Below, piece after piece: positions 54,001-64,000 of a stretch of 64,000 nucleotides of DNA (its first letter is position 1; every line of letters begins with the position of its first letter). The notes under the pieces were generated by a model, which was not told the DNA's origin, searched no databases, and was given only the letters and a program-made list of their open reading frames with translations. Source of the DNA: Lingula anatina (Eukaryota > Animalia > Brachiopoda); contig CM120643.1 in assembly GCA_051362555.1 (NCBI GenBank), positions 28,400,848 through 28,464,847 of the forward strand, in the 5' to 3' direction. The position numbers and the translations under genes were made by a program.

Positions 54001-55225
54001 TAGAAGAAAGAAAAGATCATTATCGCCTCTCTTTACTTAGGAACAATAAGGATGGCTAGTGGCAGCATTTATAAGTTCTTTTATTTAGAAACTTTCCGAA
54101 CCTTTGTCTGGGACTGCGTCCGAGAAACGGCGATAACGACAGAGACGTCCTCGAACATTTTGGACTCAGTGCAAATAAAAAAAAAATCCGTTAAGAAGTA
54201 GCCTTTAAATGTCCTGGCAAATAATTTTGCGATGGCTCAGAGAGTTCTAGAATGAATGACAAGCAACGACATTAGGGTTAATAATAGACTAAAAACTATC
54301 AGAGTGTAGGCCTGTCTTACTTCATTTCTAAGGCCATCTTGTGATACGAGTCATGCTACACTACAAAAGATGGGGTAGCAGTGGATGATTTAATACAGGG
54401 ATACCATCGATAGTATATCAATAGAAAATTGCAATCCTCAAATGTTTTTAATTCATTAAATATAAACGGTCTTTTCTCGTACAATGGGTCTGGTATAGTT
54501 GTATTGGCCTATCAGTTGGAAACACGTGGTTCGTCTACAATTGCAAATGGCGGAGGTGCCGTGGTAGTTATTGTCGTAAAATTAGCTGGATACGGTGCAC
54601 GTGAGGAAATTATTCATTAAATTTAGTTTTCGAGCGTCAGCTTAATCTGGTAAAATGCGAGACGAAAAAAATGTTAGATAGAGCCTTATGACCCACTGTA
54701 GAATGATGCCGAATAATACATCAACGACGTAGTTTATCGGCAGATAAACGTGTTTCCATTCTCGGCTGACTGAGGAAAGGTTTGAGAGAGCATTTAAAGA
54801 AGAGGCGGTCGAACCAATAGTGAGTAGGAAGTGTGCTGCAATCAAGACGAACAGTACCGATCATAAGTGGACAGCTAATAACCCCTAATTAACCCCGGGT
54901 TACGCGCTGCTGTGTTGACTCCTTGCTGGGAAGGGGTAGCGGCCTCCTACTGCTGTGCGTAATCAAACATTGTCTTCTAACATGCGGCTACACGACGGTT
55001 GCATTGTATTAATAAAGTAATACCTATTCATAAGGAAGGGGGCGGATGGTAATCTTACGAGAATTAAATCAGTTATCGATCATACGCGTACCAATAGTCG
55101 TGTTTTTTTTTTTTTTTTTTAGCTATACGGTAGATGTGAAAAGGACTAAAGAAGTTTGCTTATTCGTAACAGTAGAAACTCAGCGACGATTTAGTGAAAG
55201 ACGATCAGCATAGTATTTAGAAAAG

Positions 55226-58200
55226 ATGGCAGCACGAGCAGAAATGATACTTCTGCAAGCAGAACTGAAAAGGGTAGAGTCGGATATAGACCAAACGATG
55301 TGTGAGTTGGAAAAGCATTTTAACTTCACAAAGTCAAATATAAAAAAGACATCTACGCCCAAAAACGCACTAACATCTTGTGCCCCACTCACTTTGTGTG
55401 AGCAATCTACGATAGCAAAGGAACTTAGTAAACCAAGAATTCAGATTCAAGTATTTGAAGGTGACCCGATCAAATATGTGCTGTTTAAGAGACAGTTTAA
55501 AAGTAGAATCATAGAAACATGCGACTCTGACGATGAAAAAAAAAAAACTATCTACTGCAATACACCAGAGGTAAGCCTCAAGAAATTACGCTAGGATTCG
55601 CTCACTTAGATGCATCTATTGGTTTCAAGGCCGCATGGAAGGAATTTGAGAGAAGGTATGGGGACCAAGAACAGATTGCGACATCGTATATAAATCGTGC
55701 CTTACAGTGGCCAGTAATAAAGCATGATGATTATGTCGCACTGGACAAATACGGCATATTTTTAAGGGAATGTGAGTATGCAGTAAAAGAAATAGATGCC
55801 ATCCCAGTCCTCGAGTATCCTGACAACCTTAAGAGGCTAATGACAAAGCTGCCGCTCAAGTTGCATGATAAATGGAGAAGCATAGTGTATGAAAGGAAGG
55901 AAAGGGGACAGAAGATAACCTTTCAGTTATTCGTAGATTTTGTGCAGAAAGAAGCACGAAAATTGGCTGACCCCACTTTTGGAAATGTTCCACCGCCACC
56001 AGAGAGACCTATACCAGCACCAAGGAGAAGAGTTCCAACACAAACAGCACTGTCTAGTACCTCTGCATCCAGCAACGAAAGACACATTCACAAGTGTATA
56101 TTATGCAAGGAACAACATAAACTTCACCAATGCCCAGAAATGCAAGAAAAGACAATGGATGAAAGAATCGGCATTATAAAGAATAATGGGTTATGTTTTG
56201 GGTGCCTTGCATATGGTCACAGAAAACATGAATGCAGAAGTAAAATGAAATGCCAAAAATGTAACTCTTATCATCCAACAATTCTACATGATGACAATTA
56301 CACTAGTAAAGTAGTGGGAGCAGCTGTATGCCATACCACCCACAGTTCTGAGAATGTGCATTCCATGATAGTGCCAGTTGTAGTACACCACGAGGATAAT
56401 CCAGACATTTATTCAGTGGTATATGCAGTACTAGACGAGCAGTCAGATGCCTGCTTTGTAAAGTCCTCGACCCTCAGTGAACTCGAATGTAAAGGGAAGC
56501 ATGTACAATGTAGACATCAGACTTTCAACCGTACTTGGAGAAAAAACCGTCCCGAGCAGGAAAGTTGGAGGACTTGTTGTGAGAGGTCTGAACCAAGAGA
56601 CATTGATTGAGCTCCCAGATACATACTCCAGAGACTCCATTCCAGTTAAGCGATCGCAGATACCCAGACCAGAAACTGCTAAGAAATGGCCACACTTGCA
56701 CTCGATTGCTGATAAGATTACTTCTTATCGCCCAGACATAGAGGTAGGACTGCTGTTGGGAGTAAACTGTATGAAAGCCATTAGAGGTCTGGAATACGTA
56801 CATGGTAGAGGAGAGGAACCATATGCATACATATGTAACCTAGGTTGGGGTATAGTAGGGCCAGTGGACAAATCAAGACCCATAGATGAGAACAAGAGCT
56901 TTGCAACACGCCTTTGCCTTTAGAACACAAGTGACAGAGATCAGCCCCGCTGAGGTTTGCAGTCTCTTTGACCAAGGTTTCGACCAACAGAAAGATGAAA
57001 GGTTAAGCCTTCAAGACCAGAAGTTCATGAAGATTATGGAGGAGGGCATACATTTCAACGAGGGTTTTTACGAGATGCCACTACCATTTAAAGATGGACA
57101 TCCAGCATTGCCAAACAACAAACCAGCAGCTGAGATCAGACTAGAGCAGCAAAGGAAAAGGCTAATCCACAACCCGAAGTATTATGAGCACTATAACAGT
57201 TTTATGCAGGACCTCATAGATAAATGCTATGCAGAAGAATCACCTCATGAAGATGGAGGTTGGTACTTACCATATCATGGTGTAAATCACCCCAAGAAAC
57301 GTGAGAAATTACGAGTGGTGTTTGATGCCAGTGGAAAACATGAAAATGTTGCGCTAAACGACTGCCTGTTGAAAGGACCTGATCAGAATAACTCGCTCAT
57401 AGGTGTTTTATTGTGGTTTAGAGAGCAGCCAGTAGCAATCATGGGTGACATGGAGAACATGTTTCACAGGTTTAAAGTGAAAGAAGAGGATAGAAAGTTT
57501 TTACAGTTCCTATGGTGGAAAGACGGTGACCTCAATAGTAATCCCATCACATACAGAATGACGTCTCATACCGTACTCGGATTAAGAATGTGTACATTTA
57601 CCCCGTGGACCATTTGAAGATTACACTGCGATTAATGCGGTGGAAAATACAATAGAGAGAGTGTATAATGATAGGGTCGCTAAACGATTGTTGACGGCAT
57701 ATAGTAACTAGCCTAATCCCTTGGTCGCCTGGGTAGCCACGCCCCCTTAGAGTACTTATGTAAACAAACGGTCTCCCGTAGCGAACTATCCTTTTGTTCA
57801 ACAGCTTCGCGCGTGCAGCTGATTATGTATGTAGTGACACTATAGCTAACTGCATATAAATTTGTGCTAGCTGTTATTTGATTCATTCTGCTGTGTCAGA
57901 TGTTGTGGATCAGCCCACTGGTTCGTTGACTTCTGTTTTTCTGAGGATTGGTGGTGCAGATTTTGAGTGCTTAATTATGTACCCTCCTTCTAACAAGAGA
58001 AAGGGGAAGGGAGATAAAAAGAGAGAGTGTCAAATGAAACGGGTAATGAGTAATACATTACATTAAATAAAGGGACTCGCGGTGGAAGAAACGATAGACT
58101 GTTTTGCATCAAGGTATGCCATTATAATCCGACATGGCCCATAACATGATCTATAACATGACTCATTGTTGTATGCCTTATATTTGTGCCGACTAATATT

Positions 58201-61200
58201 TTACTCTCGTTCATTTCGTGAAACTATTTCCTTAAAATAAAGTTTTGCCTGTATAAATTAACTTTGTGACATGAAGTAATTAATAAAACGCGCCTGTTGA
58301 AAAGGGGGCTTTTCGTAACTAATAAAGGTTCACTATTCAGAAAAATATCGTCGCCGTTCGTCGCCGCTACCTTCAGGAAAGCGTACCCTCCGCGTGGATC
58401 ACCGGCATTTTTGATTATCTGACAAATTAGGGCAATTTACGTTTTAGCTAATAATTCTGAATTTACTAATATTTTGGACTAAATTCGATGTCAGATTCAT
58501 AGCAATGACGGAGAGCCGACAGAGTAACTGTTTAATTTTCTAAACTAATCAAACTAGAACGCGTGGCGATAAAATGTGTCGCTAGATCTTGTAAACACTC
58601 AGCGAAATGCACCTAGTGACTATATTCAATGTGCCGTCACTTAATTGCTTTCTCGGTTTCATTAATTGACGATAGTAATTGCAGATAACAAGGAAGAGGA
58701 AATGCTGAAGACAAAACAACGTCGGGTCTTTGTGTGACTTTCTCCCTAAACACTTTTTATGTTGCTGTCAAAGAAAAAGGAGTCTAGATAGCGATTATTT
58801 AAACCACTGCTGCTGCTTTTGCAGGTAGACTTCCTCGTTTATCATTTAAATGCTCCCCTCCCCCAGCAGACCCAACTTGATGCATGTACGTCTTGGTAGC
58901 TATAGTACAGATCTTGGTTCAAGTAATGAAAGGTTTAAGCACAAAACGATAATTTGAGGCTATTTTTTCATTCAAGACAAAATAAAGTATCTATGGTGTG
59001 TGACAATAGGGACTTTACAAAGCTTAATTTGTCCTTAAATATATATTCCAGTAGCATAGGCGAGCGACGTAATTGTAACCTCAACTTGAGGTATCCTCGA
59101 TGAAAGCGGAGTACAAAAATTAACTTTTTTAAATATCGATTACAACATGCTGTACAATGATATTGAGACTAAAGGGTTTAATGGACTTCTTTGCCTTAAA
59201 AGCAATTCATTTCAAAATTAAAAGAAACAGTTTTTTTTTCGGGGAGCGCGGGTAGACAGTTTACGTTAGGTGATTCGTTAAAGTCGAGGAGTGTTTCACT
59301 ATCAAATGTGTAAATCATATATGTCATAAAACACTATAAGAAAGTTTTTTGTTACGATCTGCAACATTTGTTTATTTATATAGCAGGGCGAAGTTAAAGC
59401 CAGAGGTAAATAGAACCTAATACCGTAATCCTCCTCGTCCATTTATTTAAATCGTATCAAAACGTTTGATACACAATGTTCATTAAATTAATAATTTTAG
59501 CGATTTATTAAAACCATATTGGTACATAAAAGTTTAAGATTAGCATAAGTTAAGCAACAACCAGTATGAAGAACAACACCCTTTTTAAATGAGGCAAGAC
59601 ACCCTCTTCACACTGATTATAACCTTGAGAAAGACATTATGCAACTTAAGGTAAAGGAGTTCTTTCATCTCGTGTGTGAATACAACACATTCTTTGTCAC
59701 TTTTACAAGACAATGGAGGCGAGCAAGTAGAGTAATTACAATACACAATAAAAAGGACATTAGTATAGAAAGCTTACTTCGGGTCAGCCCTTTGCTTGTT
59801 CGAATGAAAGAGATAGATATCGCGCCGCGACTCCCTTTATTAAACCTTCGTGTGTTTGTGTAAAAGTGTGAAAGACAGGCAACGGTCTTTAGTCGCTGTT
59901 GATATTGTTCGCGATTAATATTGAAGTATAACTCCTTCGCCTGCATGTAAACGTGTTACTTTTCCTCATGTTCTCTATATTTCTTTTAGGTGGTTGAGAC
60001 AATGGGATGAGATCGATAAAAGTAAAGGTTAATCTAAACAATTAGATGCGATTTTTGTGAAATGACTTATTAAGTGATGTGCATGTACCTAGCATGTTTA
60101 AATTCTTGAATTTCTAATTTGTTAAATCTTTCATACACGGCCTCATATATGTATTACTCTCAGGCCCCCGATATTATTGTGTTACACGGGACTCCTGGAA
60201 ACCTGAAGCACAGGTCTACGGAGTCTTGTTATCCTTCATGCAGTTTTATGGCTGGGATGAACACTGCGAAGTAGAAACAGGCTTTACTTAGCTTTACTTG
60301 ATGCACGACAGTTTAAACAAAACCAGTCTGCAAGGCTTGCTTTGATTTGGCGTTAACCTTACACTGGTTTAAAAAGAACAAATATAATTATGTTCGATGG
60401 ATTAAATGCCGGCTTTGTTATATTTTAACTAAATGCGTTCATTTGCACAGTTACACAGATAATATTTTTAAGTTGTCTGTCGTTCAGCACGCATTATAGG
60501 CGAGTAGCTAAATAGTGACGGTGATCAATCAAAGCTCAATCTTGGCAAGTATCGTTTACAAAATAGATCATGTTGAATAAACTTATTTACGCTTTAATAA
60601 ATAATCAACACATGGTACGGTTATTGTCACTTGAAAGCTTTCGATCAAAGACGTTCAATGAAATCACAAATCATTTGACGATTAAAAAATGGACATGTTC
60701 AAGGGGCAGTTTTTGTTTCAGATAAAGGGACTTCAGGTTCAGGTAGAGGGTTCAGTTACGTGTTTCATCGGATGATAGCATCACGCCCTAGGTCTAAGCG
60801 AGTTGAATAGAAGCTTTTTATCCAAACATCCTATTCCTAACTACTGAGTTAGGACAAAGGTCTAGTAACATGCACTGTGCAATTACTATTAATGGATCAG
60901 ACGCATACTTGATTGTTTTTCCTCTGGTGTCGCACGTATGCATCCTTTCTTGAGTGATCTAAACAAGTCGCTAGTGTACCATGTTTCTCACTGTAGCAAA
61001 ATACGTTCGACATGGTGTTTCTGAACGGCAGCCGGAGACACAGTAATTGTATAGGCATGCTTTAAGCTTGTTCGAGAGACAATAACAGTCGGGTTTAACA
61101 ATACGATAGCGACCATAGTAAGAGCCCCTCCTATTTAACTGATGATTTACACTTTTAATTGACCGTACTTTCGTATATTGTATGATCATACAGCCAGACT

Positions 61201-62166
61201 TCCCCCTGTTGCACGTTGTAGTTGGATTGTCATTGCGCCTATGTCAATGCACCTCATTTAATTTCAATATTATAATATAAGCATAATATAAGTAATATGT
61301 TATTTCCTTATTCCTCTTTCATTATCATTCATGTTTTATAAATACTTGAACGCTTGAATGCAGATATTTCAAATTAAAACGTAAGTACATAAATAAATTA
61401 TACATTTATAAATTAATGCAATAGGAATTTTTTGAGACAGATTGATGCTGACGCTCATGCATTTCAACCAAACAAACAATAATTAGTTCAATTTTTGACT
61501 GCGGAAATTTCATATAGGATGAAATAACTGATAACAAATTTAACCAGCAGTTTGTTAGCAACACTAAAAACCAGCTGCGCGTGCCAAACTAGTGAACAAA
61601 AGGACAGTTCGCTTCGCGTGGCACGCCTTAGCATGGGTTTAGCCTCTTCAAGCTATAATCCTATCGCCGCAACAAACAATAGGGACCTTCTGGCTGATGT
61701 ATCCTGCTGTTAATTACACCTAGTTACAGCGGATTGTCACGCTCGCGCTGGGCCACAGAAACCGGCGTCATGGGGTTCACTCGTATTAAGTATTGTGTTA
61801 TTCCACCTAAGCTATTGTGTTTGTGCGTTCGAATTTTGAAGGGATTTATACGGCCCTCCATTGTTTGTCCGCCCCCTTCTATTCACAAGATAGGGATTAA
61901 AACATTTCGAACGTGGTTACACCGGTGTACAACGGAAACAAAATTATTCCGACCACTGTATATTTGGAGCGATAAGTTCACCAGCATGCGCATTGTATGG
62001 ACTGAGGAAACTAGCAGAGGACTACCAAGATGAGTATTCATCAAACGTCATTGCCTTTCTTAAGAATGACTTTTATGTAGACGATGGACTCAAGAGCATC
62101 AAGTCAAGTGAAGAAGCTATACGGCTTGTTAGTGAAACAAGAGAGCTGCTGAACAAAGGTAACCTA
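55226..62166 (+). mobile_element. BEL/Pao gag-pol (gag, triple CCHC, protease, RT), frameshifted and interrupted
   Basis: FEGDPIKY..F...F; CILCKEQH..C, CFGCL..GH...C and CQKCNSYHPTILH; AVLDEQS; YLPYHGV..KLRVVFDAS, LLKGPD, HIFGA.SSP (rejoined) and FYVDD. No LTR recognised. Confidence 0.9.
57571..61958 (+). mobile_element. 4.4-kb TA-flanked family, full-length reference copy (4388 bp)
   Basis: Excising it with one TA restores the host RT frame YRMTSHIFGAISSPACALYGLRK, which fixes both boundaries and a TA TSD. Confidence 0.96.
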
Positions 62167-62167
62167 A

Positions 62168-63886
62168 AGGCTGGGTCACACTGCGCTTGCAACCTTTTGG
62201 CAACCTCTTTGCAACCTCAGTCGCAAGGAGGTTGCCCTAGGTTTTAAAGTGGTCGCATTAGGTTGCAAACAGGTCGCCTGCGATCGTTGACACACGAAGG
62301 CCATTTTTTTTTGCACCGACAACCAGTGCGACTGATAATGAAAACGATTGGTAACTGAGAGGTTGCCGATAGGTCTCCTCTTGGTTGCCAGTAGGTCGCT
62401 GTAACCAGACTAAAACCAGTCGCATACCACCTGTAACTGCACGGTCGATTGACGGTCTTTAGTCGCTTAGTTGCAAACAGGGTACTAACCGGTTGCAAGC
62501 GGTGGGCAGCAGGTCGCAAGGAGGTTGCAGTTGAAACTTCATGGTCGATTAACGGTCTTTAGTCGCTTGGTCTCTAACAGGTTTCTTACAGCTCGCATGC
62601 ACTCGAAAATATGTCGCGAGAAGGTCGCAAGCAACCGTGATAAAATAAGCGTAGGATGGTGGCCACTAAATATATAAATATATTTTTCATTTATATCATG
62701 CCATTAAGACTTTCTAAATACCTTGACAAAAATCGTTATTTCTCAATTAAAACGTAGATTGTATTTGTTGTCATCCTTTTAAATTTATTTACAAGGTTTT
62801 CATAAGTATTTTTTTTCAATAAAATAAATAAATGTATGAGTCCCTATCAGCCACCATACTTGACTAAAAGTGTTGTAAATAGAAGCCGCTGAGCCCGTGT
62901 CTTCAGTCCCCAGTATGTCATCCAACAGCGTGGGAAGGGTGGCCAGAATGTATTTTGAGAAAGCAAATGCCCGTGAAGAAAGTTCTTCACAAAGTTCCAA
63001 CACAGACTCTGCTTCCCACGAAGAGGATCAACCGAAAGATGATGAACGCGGAGGAGACAGGGAGGCTAAATTTACTATTAAAGAGGAAGAAGAATTAGTT
63101 GATTTTTTTTAAGGAAAACGAGTTTTTCTATAACCAACAATTGAAAGACTTTAAAAACAAATCAAATAAAGTGCCAAAACAATCAATAACGATTATCACA
63201 ATGTAAACGATAAACTGTTATCTTTTTATCCATTCCTATATCATGGCTAATTTTTGACAACTATTGTTGTCAAATTTACTGGAAACATTTTTAATGACTA
63301 AAGCAGCCGGAAATATCTTACTTTTTAATTTGCCAAGTCATAATTTGCCAAGTCACAATGGAAGAAAAATTAAACAAATAGGCGGGCGCAGAGAAAAAAG
63401 TAAATAGCAAAGTTTGATTCATACTTTTTACAATAAATTTAATTGTCAGGTATTTTTATAACAGTAAAACAGTGTCACCAATATAAAGAAGGTCAAATAA
63501 ATACAAATTAACTTCCTCCCAGTACTTAGAATTCGTACCACAAGGACGGAAACAAATTGATGACGCGCAGGATCCTTCACTATTTAAAGATGTTGTATTG
63601 TAAGTGTAACGCTTGGGGCTACAAAGACAAAGGGAAAACCACACAATCGGTCGCAAATCAGTTGCTAAGCAGTCGGCGACCTTTTAGCAACCGGTTGGAT
63701 ACCACAAATAGGCTTTTCGGTCGCCAGGAGGTTTTCGGTGCTGCACCGAAAACCGGCGCGATCGGATAGTAACCCAGCGTTCATTTGGAGACCACTTTGC
63801 GAGTTGTTGCAACTTGTCGCCCACCTTTCTGCAACCGGTGACAGTTGCAAGTCGCAAGGAGGTTTTTTGTTCAGTGTGACCGTAAC
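62168..63886 (+). mobile_element. PIF/Harbinger-like element with a MADF/Myb-like remnant
   Basis: Follows TAA. Begins AGGCTGGGTCACACTG, with the inverted CAGTGTGACC at ~63872 and subterminal GGTCGC/TTGCAAC repeats. The remnant FTIKEEEELVDFF/KENEFFYNQQLKDFKNK (frameshift in a T run) is MADF-like. The right boundary is uncertain. Confidence 0.62.
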
Positions 63887-64000
63887 TGCACAGGCCTTGC
63901 GACCTCAAAGATACCAAGTATTGAAAAAAGAAACTATGCATGCCTATTATTACATTAATAAGGCTGAAAAAACATCCAAATATGTGTTTTATTACACCAC

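Noticed and set aside
62190-62640. Repeated GGTCGC/GGTTGCA motifs resembling a repeat-spacer array
   Set aside because: Irregular spacing and degenerate units typical of Harbinger subterminal repeats; eukaryotic context with no cas genes, so not CRISPR.

Overview
AT-rich animal genomic DNA, probably from a marine invertebrate (inferred from the repeat repertoire). It holds the 3' part of one spliced host gene on the + strand, a scavenger-receptor cysteine-rich (SRCR) repeat protein. Each 6-Cys SRCR domain is split over two exons (five exons at 3381-4937). The last N-terminal half-exon is followed by three tandem, diverged, phase-compatible C-terminal half-exons (8.1, 25.2 and 35.6 kb), each with a stop codon and a homologous 3' flank. 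Nearly everything else is nested transposable elements. (1) A ~4.4-kb non-coding, TA-duplicating element family with barely matching ends: seven copies or fragments, about a third of the window. (2) An RTEX-like LINE whose ORF1 begins with an HPD-less J (DnaJ)-like domain. (3) A Gypsy element with 119-bp LTRs inserted into that ORF1. (4) An L2/CR1 RT fragment, two BEL/Pao pieces and a Tc1 DD34E element. (5) Harbinger-, Academ-, Kolobok-, piggyBac-, hAT/P- and CACTA-like non-autonomous elements. The best candidates for new biology are the alternative terminal half-SRCR exon array (possibly selected by inverted transposon copies), the J-domain LINE ORF1, and the apparent capture of an SRCR exon between MITE ends. 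All coordinates and translations were read by eye; no database searches were run.
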